Shown piece after piece: positions 39,201 to 51,099 of a DNA stretch of 64,000 nt. The notes beneath the pieces are model-generated. The model saw nothing but the letters and a program-made list of their open reading frames with translations. It was not told the origin of the DNA and made no database searches. A program made the translations under genes and the position numbers. This DNA comes from Macrostomum hystrix (Eukaryota > Animalia > Platyhelminthes). Each line of letters starts with the position of its first letter. The stretch's first letter is position 1. The stretch is taken from the NCBI GenBank assembly GCA_950097015.1, contig CATNEN010000034.1:5766001-5830000 (forward strand), read 5' to 3'.

Positions 39201-40652
39201 GGGGAAGGGATTTAGAGTGAGCTGGGGAGATTAATTCCAGTGGATGGCGTGCATTCGCAGGCAATTGTCGGTACGGCTTCAGCGGGTCCAGGTGCGAGTT
39301 CCCGCCTGATCCACCCACCTGGGGCAGCTGGGAAGAGTGGGGCGGGTGCATGCTGCCGGAGAAGGCACTCGCCTGCCAGGAGTCGCCGATGCAAGTCAGG
39401 ATTCGTCGCTGCATGGCCAAGGGTGTGGCGCAGAACTGTGAAGGGCCCGGGCGAGAGATTCGATTTGTATGTCCGGGCCAGATGAACCAATGGGATACGC
39501 TGGGTGAGTGCGAAATCTGATTGGATGTGTCACGAGAAGAGTGGGTCAGATAGGATGAGTCAAGAGAAGAGTGGGTCAGATAGGATGAGTCAAGAGAAGA
39601 GTGGGTCAGATAGGATGTGTCAAAAGAGTGGGTCAGATAGGATGAGTCTAGAGAATGAGTGGGTCAGATAGGATGAGTCAAGAGAAGAGTGGGTCAGATA
39701 GGATGAGTCAAGAGAAGAGTGGGTCAGATAGGATGTGTCAAGAGAAGAGTGGGTCAGATAGGATGAGTCTAGAGATGAGTGGGTCAGATAGGATGAGTCA
39801 AGAGAAGAGTGGGTCAGATAGGATGAGTCTAGAGATGAGTGGGTCAGATAGGATGAGTCTAGAGAAGAGTGGGTCAGATAGGATGAGTCAAGAGATGAGT
39901 GGGTCAGATAGGATGAGTCTAGAGAAGAGTGGGTCAGATAGGATGAGTCTAGAGAAGAGTGGGACAAATATGGTCGAGCCAAACGGTTGCGCACCTGACT
40001 CACCGCCCCAGAGTGCAGCAGATTCCGTGGCAACATAACTAGCCGTGAGATTAGCGGCTACTCCCAGTTGGACTATCATTACTCGGAGGAGTTTGGCAAG
40101 TTCTCAGCTCACGAACTTGATTTAGTGCTATTCAACAGCCTAACAAGCTACCTGTGGCACTGCGCCCTGCTCTGCGTGGTGTTCATCTACTGTGTGCTCA
40201 CTCCACTGACTGTCGGGTGGGCCCTCTGGAGGATCCTGCGTTATCGGGTGATCATCAGCCGTTTGGCGGAGACTCCCGTGGCAGACTCGCTGGTTAAGCA
40301 GCAAATCGCGGCTGCCGAAATGCTCAAGGAGCAGGAGGACAAGCGGTTGAGTCGGGCCGATGAAGCCGCGAAGCTGGAGCAGGAGGACAAGCGGTTGAGT
40401 CGGGCCGATGAAGCCGCGAAGCTGGAGCAGGAGGACAAGCGGTTGAGTCGGGCCGATGAAGCCGCGAAGCTGGAGCAGGAGGACAAGCGGTTGAGTCGGG
40501 CCGATGAAGCCGCGAAGCTGGAGCAGGAGGACAAGCGGTTGAGTCGGGCCGATGAAGCCGCGAAGCTGGAGCAGGAGGACAAGCGAGCCGAAATGTCGGA
40601 GTCAGAGTCAGAGAGTGAAAGTGTCGAACCGACTGTGAAAAGTGACGATTGA
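33274..40652 (+). CDS. 790-aa type I membrane protein: signal peptide, unrecognised region of about 310 aa, EGF-EGF-cbEGF, TSP1, TM, repeat tail; exons 33274-33573, 34832-35109, 36559-36960, 37782-38052, 38132-38369, 39261-39503, 40012-40652
   Basis: Six GT-AG introns join in phase (2373 nt). Motifs: YCQNGGRC..CICPPAWKGLRCE, RDINECA..CKNDGECENHDPGFICNCRYGFSGSRCE, TWGSWEEWGGC..RIRRC, TM LWHCALLCVVFIYCVLTPLTVGWALW. The 37782 acceptor is the least certain. Confidence 0.82.
33690..34822. repeat. 19-bp minisatellite (CTGATTCACCTGACACCCG), intron 1 of the EGF-TSP1 gene
   Basis: Direct periodicity. Confidence 0.96.
35125..36545. repeat. 20-bp minisatellite (TCAACTGAAGCCTCACCCAA), about 70 copies, intron 2
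   Basis: Near-perfect periodicity. Confidence 0.97.
36995..37680. repeat. 42-bp minisatellite (AAGTGTGTCGAAAGACATTAAAAACTTCAAGAAGGGTTCTTT), intron 3
   Basis: Direct periodicity. Confidence 0.95.
38370..39230. repeat. 21-23-bp G-rich minisatellite (GAGTGAGCTGGGGGAGAGACT variants), intron 5
   Basis: Direct periodicity; starts at the splice donor. Confidence 0.95.
39525..39962. repeat. 30-bp minisatellite (GAGTGGGTCAGATAGGATGAGTCAAGAGAA), intron 6
   Basis: Direct periodicity. Confidence 0.96.
40329..40585 (+). repeat. Coding 48-bp tandem repeat, 5 identical units plus a partial (EQEDKRLSRADEAAKL)
   Basis: Units are identical at DNA level, inside the last exon after the TM helix. Confidence 0.95.
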
Positions 40653-41152
40653 AAGTTATTCAAGACTGTAATCCTAATTAGAATCGAATTTGTTACGACA
40701 GATACACAAAGGAAAAAAGCAATGCTCGTTAATGTTTAAAGTAAGCTTGTTATTAATTGTTACAGTATAAAAAGTAAAAAAATATAATCCAGCACACATT
40801 TCAATGAAACGATTTTCACCAGTTCAATTGATAATCCAAAAAAGATTTCTTATTTATTTTCATAATTATGAAAAGTATAACAAAAAAGAACAAATTAAAA
40901 AGTCAGTGCAAATCAATCTAAGTACTCTTATCGCCTTACTTATAAGGGTAAAATGGAAAAGGTATACTCGAAAAAATGTGCAGAGAAAAGATAATTAAGC
41001 TGTGCTAGCAAAAGCGATTGGAGGCAGCGTGATTAAATTTCCTGGAAAATTTCCCGGCTTTATTCTTCTAGTCTGAACAATCTAAAAACTAAATTAAGTA
41101 AAGCGTCCTAGTGAAAAGCTTGTCATTTTAATTGAAGATTCGGCTGCCCCTG

Positions 41153-44100
41153 TCACACTCTGCGGCAGCCGGGGTTGATTTCAGTGGCGATTACGTAATT
41201 AGCGAGGCGCCAACAGCCGTAGAAGTGGGACGCCATGCCCAGCAGGACACAGATGTGAAACAGCTGATGGCTTTGGCACTGGAATTGGCGATAGTCATGG
41301 CCGTTCAACGTCAAAGTCAATTGGGCTAATTATTAAACGAACTCATACTTTACCGGAGGGCTGAAAATTGCACAGTTTTTGCTAGTTCGACTAGTCGAAA
41401 ATTCCTAAAACGGGAATTCGACGATTCTGGAATTTAACAAGTCAATTTTAGAATTCGACAAGTCAATTTTTGAATTCGACAAGTCAATTTTAGAATTCGA
41501 CAAGTCGATTTTAGAATTCGACAAGTCGATTTTAGAATTCGACAAGTCAATTTTAGAATCAGACAAGTCGATTTTAGAATTCGACAAGTCAATTTTAGAA
41601 TTCGACAAGTCAATTTTAGAATTCGACAAGTCGATTTTAGAATTCGACAAGTCAATTTTAGAATTCGACAAGTCGATTTTAGAATTCGACAACTCAATAT
41701 TAGAATTCGACAAGTCAATTTTAGAATTCGACAAGTCAATTTTAGAATCAGACAAGTCAATCTTAGAATTCGACAAGTCAATTTTAGAATCAGACAAGTC
41801 AATTTTAGAATCAGACAAGTCAATTTTAGAATCAGACAAGTCAATCTTAGAATTCGACAAGTCAATTTTAGAATCAGACAAGTCAATCTTAGAATTCGAC
41901 AAGTCAATTTTAGAATCAGACAAGTCAATTTTAGAAATCGACAAGTCGATGGAATTCGACTATTTGACCAATCGAAAGTGCATTAAATTTAGCGTGTCGA
42001 CAGAACAGAAAGTTTGCGCGTTCCCGAACTAACCAGAATGTCACACTTTCCGGGAAACAGTCTCTCCGGGATGCGGCTGGCGTACAGTGCTGCGCCAGTC
42101 AGGTAGCAGGCGGCCATGATGGCGCACCAACAGACACTCTTCTCGAAAGCCAGGTCCCAGCCGTGCAGCCACACCGAGTTGGTTGCGGGAACAACGCCGA
42201 ATAGGCCGAAAGCGGCAAAGAATACTGGAAATTGTTGGGACGATGATTGTTTGTCTATGGCCAAACCCGATTCATAAATAAGGCATGGGAGCGAATTAAA
42301 TAATAGTACTAGTGACTGCACACGAGGCAATCACCAGTGTACATCTGGTGTGCATTCACTAGTACGCACTATTGTATTGAAAAACGACACAACACTACTA
42401 TAAGTAGTTAGCTCGTCTAATTTCTTTAATTAGCGAACTCGTTTCGTTACTATAAGTAGTTAGCTCATCTTTAAGTTACTATAAGTAGTAAGCTAGTCTA
42501 GCTACTATGAAGGGTCCGTGGCAGAGTGGTAAACACGTTTGCCTCTTGCACCAAGGTCCCTGAGTTCGATTCCGCGACGAGGCCACATTTATTTGGGGCG
42601 CAGCTGCGGAGAGAAGGCATGGGGGCTTGTCGTGCAATTTACGCCCTGAGGGCCAACCTCCAAGGCACAGTGAGAGTGTACACTGCCTGACGATGAGAAA
42701 GTGGGGGAAAGATGTACACACCTGTGTGAGTGTATGCCTGCGCGCAGGATCTGTATGCGTGTGTGCTCAGGAGTCAGTGAAACGGGCAAGAATTAGCCTC
42801 GCTGGCTGCGGGTCTAGTGTCACAATATAGTGTGCCATTGCCCACTGCCCTCCGGTAATTATTGTTATTATTATTATTACTAGCTACTAGACTATAAGTA
42901 TAGCAAATTACTATAAGTAGTAAGGTAGTGGAGCTACTATGATTAATTAGCTTGTCTAGGCACTATAAATATTTAGCACGACTAGCTACTAGTAGTAGTT
43001 TAGCTCGGCTCACCGGCTCGAATAGTGCGAAATTCTGGCTTGGCGAATTTCTCCAATAGCGATAGGGCAATGGCGACTGCGCCCATTAGGCCTACCACGC
43101 AGATATACAGCAGCTGTAGGCCGCTACGACAGTAGAAATCGTAGAAGATCCAGGTGAAAAAACTGCCTGTGATCATCACAGCGATACCGGCGTAATCTAA
43201 CCTTAAAGTGTGGTTATAAAAATGCGTTTTTCGGTCTAGTGATATTTTAATTATCGATCGATTTTAACCCACCCCTTGCTTTCGGCCCCCGTTGGGTCTT
43301 CGCACCCCAGTTTTCTCTACGCTCTGTCTGCCCACCCCATGTTTCTGTCCCAGCCAATCATATAGGTTTTACTGATAACATACATAGAGAAGCCAGTTTT
43401 CGGTATTTTTTACAGTTAAAGGCCTCATTTAATCTATTTACCTAAAAAATAATTGTAAAGTTCTTACGGATGAAATTAAGTCATAATCGAAAATAGATTA
43501 GATATTATACTAGCAATTATATTGGACACAGTTGGCCCAGGTAATAGAATAGTATAATACAATAATAGAAGATCATAGAGCAGATCAGATATCTCACTTG
43601 CTCATTACGCTAGCCACTGAAGCTGAGTGGCAGCAGAGAGTATGAAATGAGGCCGACATGCTCAGGCAGACAGCCGAGCTGAAGTAGGAGACGCCGAAGG
43701 CGAGCTTCTCCCTGACGTGCAGCTCAAGGTCGGTCATGTCGCGAATTGCTAGGCACAGGATCACTATGAAACCTGAGTGAGAGGTAGTGCGAGGTAGGGA
43801 GAGGTAGTGTGAGGTAGGGAGAGGTAGTGTGAGGTAGGGAGAGGTAGTGTGAGGTAGAGAGAGGTAGTGTGATGCGTGAAGAGGAAGTGTGAGGTAGTGT
43901 GAGGTAGGGAGAGGTAGTGTGATGCGTGAAGAGGTAGTGTGAGGCAGGGAGAGGTAGTGTGAGGCAGGGAGAGGTAGTGTGATGCGTGAAGAGGTAGTGT
44001 GAGGCAGGGAGAGGTAGTGTGAGGCAGGGAGAGGTAGTGTGAGGCAGGGAGAGGTAGTGTGAGGCAGGGAGAGGTAGTGTGAGGCAGGGAGAGGTAGTGT

Positions 44101-44511
44101 GAGGCAGGGAGAGGTAGTGTGAGGCAGGGAGAGGTAGTGTGAGGCAGGGAGAGGTAGTGTGAGGTAGGGAGAAGTAGTGTGAGGCAGGGAGAGGTAGTGT
44201 GAGGCAGGGAGAGGTAGTGTGGAGATCAGAGTCGCATTAGGCTACGCACCAATGAGATGAGTCCAGATATTTCCAGTCTCCGAGTGCAGCCTGAAGACGC
44301 TCATGAAGCAGGTGGCAACAGACTGTAGCTGAGGGCGGTGCCAATTAACAATGAACTCATTGTCTCGCATCCATTTAGGCAGTTTGAGTTGATGCCTTGG
44401 ACTCCAGCCCTTCAGTTTCTGCATTGCTAGGCCGGCTGGGGTTGGCGAGTTGCTGGACTTGCTCGGTTCAGTTTTCGGATCACTTAGCCGAGTCCGGATC
44501 TGTGCCGACAT
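41153..44511 (-). CDS. ADIPOR: Adiponectin receptor-like PAQR protein, about 313 aa; exons 44511-44250, 43772-43598, 43201-43014, 42224-42034, 41278-41153
   Basis: LPKWMRDNEF..HRPQL..CFMSVFRLHSETGNIWTHLIG; SASFHTLCCHS..SKLDYAGIA; GAALYASRIPERLFPGKCDI; QSHQLFHICVL..HFYG. All introns are GT-AG and in phase. Start codon tentative. Confidence 0.93.
41410..41950. repeat. 21-bp minisatellite (AAGTCAATTTTAGAATTCGAC), ADIPOR intron 4
   Basis: Direct periodicity. Confidence 0.96.
42512..42879 (+). mobile_element. SINE family 1, most complete copy (about 370 bp), in ADIPOR intron 3 (antisense to host)
   Basis: A-box GTGGCAGAGTGG, B-box GAGTTCGATTCC, body shared with three other copies, (TTA)n tail; TAGCTACTA on both sides may be a target-site duplication. 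Confidence 0.92.
43775..44220. repeat. 20-bp minisatellite (GAGGTAGTGTGAGGCAGGGA), ADIPOR intron 1
   Basis: Direct periodicity; fills almost the whole intron. Confidence 0.96.
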
Positions 44512-45199
44512 AGCCGCCAGTGATAAAATGATAATTCTAATTTGGCTTAAAATAGGCACTCGCAGGTTCCAGTTGTCCTAGATTTATCTCGGTGTCTTGC
44601 GCTGTACCTATCCCTTTATATCATTGGCCCACACCAGCTCGGTGACCCCAGGTATGCCGTTTTTGGTGGCGCGATCTCTCTGAGAAGAAGAAGACTCAGT
44701 TAAGGCTGACTGGGGTAGAGCTCACCTAGCGCTGATGTATCGGTGAGCTAATTTTCAGCTATATTTTGTGTTTGCACTCTCTAGACGCGCATTACACCCC
44801 GTTCCTAAATTATTTCATTCTAGTTGAAAATTTTTCTCTCTTCTCGATGGACAAGGCGGACAGGTTCTGTTTCTTGCGTACAGGCGCATACAGCTCTCTC
44901 TCTTTCTGTCTCTCTATGGCATAGAGTAGAAAGCCCTCCTCAAATTGGTACTCAAACGCAGCGCGTATTGGGCCCGTGTGTGAGGGAGGTGTATTACTCA
45001 AGTACTGAATCAATTTAGCAAAATACGCCGCCTAGCTAGTGACTGTACTGGAACTGTTACATACAGAGAACGATAAAAAATGGCTATTACTAGTGTTTTA
45101 TTTGCCGTGTAAGCCACTTGTAAACAGACGAGTTAAAAAAGCTGTCCGTCATTTGAAAGCCTAAATAATAGCACAATGTCATTTATATGAGATTTGACG

Positions 45200-46150
45200 T
45201 CTTGTCTAACAAGTTACAGTCAATGTCTAACCGATTCAGAAATCTGGTCTAACAAGTTACAGCCAATGTTTAACAGATTCTGAAATCTGGTCTAACAAGT
45301 TACAGCCAATGTTTAACAGATTCTGAAATCTGGTCTAACAAGTTACAGTCAATGTCTAACAGATTCTGAAATCTGGTCTAACAAGTTACAGCCAATGTCT
45401 AACAGATTCTGAAATCTGGTTTAACAAGTTACAGTCAATGTCTAACCGATTCAGAAATCTGGTCTAACAAGTTACAGCCAATGTTTAACATATTCTGAAA
45501 TCTGGTCTAACAAGTTACAGCCAATGTTTAACAGATTCTAAAATCTGGTCTAACAAGTTACAGTCAATGTCTAACAGATTCTGAAATCTGGTTTAACAAG
45601 TTACAGTCAATGTCTAACAGATTCTGAAATCTGGTCTAACAAGTTACAGTCAATGTCTAACAGATTCTGAAATCTGGTTTAACAAGTTACAGTCAATGTC
45701 TAACCGATTCAGAAATCTGGTCTAACAAGTTACAGCCAATGTTTAACAGATTCTGAAATCTGGTTTAACAAGTTACAGCCAATGTCTAACAGATTCTGAA
45801 ATCTGGTCTAACAAGTTACAGCCAATGTTTAACAGATTCTGAAATCTGGTCTAACAAGTTACAGCCAATGTCTAAAAGATTCAGAAATCTGGTCTAACAA
45901 GTTACAGCCAATGTTTAACAGATTCTGAAATCTGGTCTAACAAGTTACAGCCAATGTTTAACAGATTCTGAAATCTGGTTTAACAAGTTACAGCCAATGT
46001 CTAACAGATTCTGAAATCTGGTCTAACAAGTTACAGCCAATGTTTAACAGATTCTGAAATCTGGTCTAACAAGTTACAGTCAATGTCTAACAGATTCTGA
46101 AATCTGGTCAAACAAGTTACAGTCATTGTCAAACGTAATTTTTTAATCTT
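45200..46150. repeat. 43-bp minisatellite (TCTGGTCTAACAAGTTACAGCCAATGTTTAACAGATTCTGAAA), intergenic
   Basis: Direct periodicity. Confidence 0.96.
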
Positions 46151-46755
46151 GTCTAACAAGTTATTTGCATGTGTCGACGTCTAGAAACGATGTATTTTTA
46201 GAGAATGCCTTTGTTGGACTTTAAAAAACTGTTCGAAGCTCGATAAGCAAAAGGAGTAAATTTTATGTACTAAAAATCCACTGCACATTTTTTAGAAACA
46301 TAAGTGCACAATATCTCCAAGGAGATTTTATGAATCTCATAAACCAGTTGACAGATAGATAATCATCGAAATGTCCATACAGTTAAGATATGAAAAATTA
46401 AGATTAAGTAAATAATTAAATTAGTTAAACATTTCAAAAGGCTTGCAGATGGGAAAAAGTAAAAAAGTTTCTTTTTTTTGCGAACTAAATCAACAATATT
46501 TTACAGTAAAGGCATGCAAATATTGTAAATACGATTTTAAATAAACTAGATCTAATCTCATTAGCTTTTATAATGTACAGTTAAATTAGAATTGCATACG
46601 ATCTGCAATGATATAGTGGTACAGCTGCGTGTCAAAATTATGAACGAAATAAGATGTCTGTCTTTGTGTTTCGTTGAATACACGTCATCTCTACTGGAGT
46701 GAATTTTCAAAATTCCAACCATTAGTTATGCGACTGATGAGGCATTGCTTAGAGA

Positions 46756-48558
46756 TCAGGGGGTGCCGTAGGTGGGATTCGGAAAGTCGCCTGGCAGCCT
46801 TGGATACATGGCATCTGGCATTGGCACATGGTCATTGTTGGCATCGTGAGGACCGCTAGATCCGGCCGTCGTTTTGTCCTCAACGTTGGCCAAAAATATT
46901 GCTGTCGTTGTTTGGACTGCAGGAGTAACGGAAACAGCAGCAGCAGCAGCAGTATCAGCATGATCAGTGGATGTCAGCTGCAGCGGATGCTGCTCAGGTC
47001 CCAGCAGATGCTGGCCATGCTGATGCCAAAAGCTGCTTCGCCTCTGACGCGATCGCCGACACCTGACGACGCTGCAGCGAACCGCCAGCGAAGCCAGAAT
47101 GAATATTAGCACGGCGTTGACGGAATACACGGCAATGATAAATTTATCCAATCGAGCAATCTCTTCTTCTAGCTCTTTGTAACGATTTTTTTGACGCCTT
47201 AGAGCCTCGTGTACACTCTTGGCCTGTTGAATGCCTGGACTGTCGTCGAAGTATGCCACAACACGACGAGCAGTTGTAGCAAAGGTAGGAGGCAGTGTTT
47301 CAGACACTTCTTGAACACCAACAGAACCGAGAAGAGCAGATGTCGAGTCCATATTTAATGTATTATCGGCATCTGCGACCGGAGTAGTACTTAGAGTAGC
47401 AGTAGTAGTAGTAGCGGTTGATGTAGTCGGTTCTAAACAAACTGAAGGAGGCGGAATCGTTTTCGAACAGATAGCCGAATCAGTTTCCGGGGTCCGACAG
47501 CCATGGGTGGCTGGAATGCCTCTGTCGTGGAAGCTCTTGTAGTAAACGTAGTTAGTCTCACAGACAGGTTTGTAGATAGCTGTCATCAGTTGTTTTCTGA
47601 TGAATAAGTTTTTCGATACCTTCAAAACTGAACCGTCGCTGCTGTTCACCAAGGCGATGCTGAAGTTGAACGGCACTCGACTGCCGTTCAGGGCAGGGTG
47701 CGGGTCGCACATCATGGTCATGCAGACATTCTTGGCCCCTTTGTAATAAGACAGGCTGAGCTCCGACAGGTTCGGCAGGCTGTCAAACACGAAGCACTGA
47801 AGCAGTGTCACTGGCCAGTGCAGCGTCACCCTGCTGAGGCTGGCCATGCGGCAGAAGGAGCCGACATGCAGTACCGTCAGACTAGCATCCAGCCATTCCA
47901 GAGCGCGCAGCGACGGCAGAGAGAAAGTCTTCAGCATCGGGTTACCGCGCAGGTCCAACCAGCGCAGAGTGGCTGCCGGGGCCGAGCAGAAGGCGTCCTC
48001 GTCCAGGTGTTCAATGCTGTTCCAGGCCAAGTTCAGGGCTACAAGATTCGGCAGGGAGTCGAACACGCCTGGTGGCAGGGAGTCGATGCGGTTGTGCGAC
48101 AAATCTAGCCAGGTCGGCAGGCTAGCCGACAGGCCGTCAAAGTCGCCGTGGCCGCCAAGGCGCAGCGAGAATCCGCTGAAGTTGAGCATCAGGCCGCCGC
48201 AGCCAGCCGTCTCGTTGAGAAGTCGGCCAAGTTTGGCCAGGCCGCAGCGTTTGATTTCAACAGGCAGATCATCCAGCTGCGGTGGAGGGTCCGGCCTAAC
48301 CCGAGTGACATTGGCCAACCTGATTGTGGTATTTGGTACTTCCAGCTGGTCCAGTTGCCGTTCGATCCGAGTTTGGCTGGGCAGTTCGGCCGAATTCGCA
48401 GCCGTTGGCGCCGCCTGCAGAGGTCTGCATTCGAATATCAGAACTGTTTCACTGCGTGTGTACAAGCACGGCAAAGACTCTGCGGTCTTGGCCGCAGCCC
48501 GGGATGCCGGAAGCAGCAGCGCCAACAGGCACAGGAGGGTCGCGCAAGAAGAGGGCAT
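46756..48558 (-). CDS. Intronless 600-aa LRR-containing type I membrane protein
   Basis: Signal peptide MPSSCATLLCLLALLLPASRA; LRRs LDLSHNRIDSLPPGVFDSLPNLVALNLAWNSIEHL and LRWLDLRGNP; Thr-rich stalk; TM FIIAVYSVNAVLIFILASLAV; C-terminal NPTY. Confidence 0.88.
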   Translation of the reverse strand: MPSSCATLLCLLALLLPASRAAAKTAESLPCLYTRSETVLIFECRPLQAAPTAANSAELPSQTRIERQLDQLEVPNTTIRLANVTRVRPDPPPQLDDLPVEIKRCGLAKLGRLLNETAGCGGLMLNFSGFSLRLGGHGDFDGLSASLPTWLDLSHNRIDSLPPGVFDSLPNLVALNLAWNSIEHLDEDAFCSAPAATLRWLDLRGNPMLKTFSLPSLRALEWLDASLTVLHVGSFCRMASLSRVTLHWPVTLLQCFVFDSLPNLSELSLSYYKGAKNVCMTMMCDPHPALNGSRVPFNFSIALVNSSDGSVLKVSKNLFIRKQLMTAIYKPVCETNYVYYKSFHDRGIPATHGCRTPETDSAICSKTIPPPSVCLEPTTSTATTTTATLSTTPVADADNTLNMDSTSALLGSVGVQEVSETLPPTFATTARRVVAYFDDSPGIQQAKSVHEALRRQKNRYKELEEEIARLDKFIIAVYSVNAVLIFILASLAVRCSVVRCRRSRQRRSSFWHQHGQHLLGPEQHPLQLTSTDHADTAAAAAVSVTPAVQTTTAIFLANVEDKTTAGSSGPHDANNDHVPMPDAMYPRLPGDFPNPTYGTP

Positions 48559-49039
48559 GGCTTTTTCCTTTCATTTGGTTTCCTTGAATCAATTCGAGAC
48601 TATTTATACATTCTCTACACGCACACAAGCGAACTAAGAGACCAGCGACAGCGCTGCAAAGTATTTGGACTTTTCAGGTTTATCCAAGCTGAGCGAGAGT
48701 CAAAGCTGCGGCTACAGGTTCACAGGAAGCTCTCGGAGTGTTTACCACTCTCGAACTTGGTTAAAAGAAGAATATATTAAGCAAAGAATTAGCACAGAGA
48801 CAGAGGCCACAGGAAATGGATCTAAAGTGGGTTTAACTATTCAATGTTTATTGGTTTATGTAGCTCGTACGAGCAAGAAACTCATTATGTCACGATAAAA
48901 ACAAAATTTTAGAAAGGTGTAAAATTTCTAGAAACCTTAGCACAATTAACTTGTGTCAATCCTCTCGTTTTCTGATTAATGAATGTGACAGGAAGTGCCT
49001 TGATTTTCCATTAAGTCAGTTTTTTCACGCGGTGAAGCT

Positions 49040-50735
49040 GCTTGGAAATCGTCTGGTGCGATTCCATCCAGTTTTTCAAACGATTCTTAATAGCCGTCTT
49101 GTGCGATTCCATCCAATTTTTAAAACGATTGTTAATAGCCGTCTGGTGCGATTCCATCCAGTTTTTAAAACGATTGTTAATAGCCGTCTGGTGCGATTCC
49201 ATCCAATTTTTAAAACGATTCTTAGTAGCCGTCTGGTGCGATTCCATCTAGTTTTTCAAACGATTCTTAATAGCCGTCTGGTGCGATTCCATCTAGTTTT
49301 TCAAACGATTGTTAATAGCCGTCTGAAGCGATTCCATCCAGTTTTTCAAGCGATTGTTAATAGCCGTCTGGTGCGATTCCAACTAGTTTTTCAAACGATT
49401 GTTAATAGCCGTCTGGAGCGATTCCATCTAGTTTTTCAAACGATTCTTAATAGCCGTCTGGAGCGATTCCATCTAGTTTTTTCAAACGATTGTTAATAGC
49501 CGTCTGGTGCGATTCCATCTAGTTTTTCAAACGATTCTTAATAGCCGTCTGGAGCGATTCCATCTAGTTTTTTCAAACGATTGTTAATAGCCGTATGGTG
49601 CGATTCCATCTAGGTTTTCAAACGATTCTTAATAGCCGTCTGGAGCGATTCCATCTAGTTTTTCAAACGATTCTTAATAGCCGTCTGGTGCGATTCCATC
49701 TAGTTTTTTCAAACGATTGTTAATAGCCGTATGGTGCGATTCCATCTAGGTTTTCAAACGATTCTTAATAGCCGTCTGGTGCGATTCCATCTAGTTTTTT
49801 CAAACGATTCTTAATAGCCGTCTGGAGCGATTCCATCTAGTTTTTCAAACGATTCTTAATAGCCGTCTGGTGCGATTCCAACTAGTTTTTCAAACGATTG
49901 TTAATAGCCGTCTGGAGCGATTCCATCTAGTTTTTCAAACGATTCTTAATAGCCGTCTGGAGCGATTCCATCTAGTTTTTTCAAACGATTGTTAATAGCC
50001 GTCTGGAGCGATTCCATCTAGTTTTTCAAACGATTCTTAATAGCCGTTTGGTGCGATTCCATCTAGTTTTTCAAACGATTGTTAATAGCCGTCTGGTGCG
50101 ATTCCATCCAATTTTTAAAACGATTGTTAATAGCCGTCTGGTGCAATTCCAACTAGTTTTTCAAACGATTCTCAATAGCCGTCTGGTGCGATTCCATCCA
50201 GTTTTTCAAGCGATTCTTAATAGCCGTCTGGAGCGATTCCATCCAGTTTTTCAAACGATTGTTAATAGCCGTCTGGTGCGATTCCATCCAGTTTTTCAAG
50301 CGATTGTTAATAGCCGTCTGGTGCGATTCCATCCAGTTTTTCAAGCGATTCTTAATAGCCGTCTGGTGCGATTCCATCCAGTTTTTTCAAGCGATTCTTA
50401 ATAGCCGTATGGTGCGATTCTATCCAGTTTTTCAAGCGATTCTTAATAGCCGTCTGGTGCGATTCCATCCAGTTTTTCAAGCGATTCTTGATAGCCGTCT
50501 GGTGCGATTCCATCCAGTTTTTCAAGCGATTCTTAATAGCCGTATGGTGCGATTCTATCCAGTTTTTCAAGCGATTCTTAATAGCCGTCTGGTGCGATTC
50601 CATCCAGTTTTTCAAGCGATTCTTGATAGCCGTCTGGTGCGATTCCATCCAGTTTTTCAAGCGATTCTTGATAGCCGTCTGGTGCGATTCCATCCAGTTT
50701 TTCAAGCGATTCTTAATAGCCGTATGGTGCGATTC
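49040..50735. repeat. 45-bp minisatellite (AATAGCCGTCTGGTGCGATTCCATCCAGTTTTTCAAACGATTCTT), about 37 copies, intergenic
   Basis: Direct periodicity. Confidence 0.96.
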
Positions 50736-51099
50736 CTGCTAGTTTATTATTTTTCTATTGGTCTTTATAATTTTCTAGAACGATTCCTCTGTGTATAATG
50801 CGTTTCTTCGTGCAATTCCAATTGTTGTGTCAGCCGATTCCAACTGAAACTGTTGCTAAATTACATAACTATATAGCTAAAAAGTCACGGTAAGAAGACA
50901 AATACATAAAAAGTTGAGGTATTTTTTTATAGTTATTTATATTGCCGGACAAGTAAAATATAAGTTGGCATAAAATATATTTCATCTGAACGTCATGAAA
51001 TAATCTGAATACAAACATGACTGCAAAAAAATTACTGCACAATACAATTAATGAAAAAAAAGAGTTTGAAAAAAGAGTTTGCAATAAAAGATGACAATA

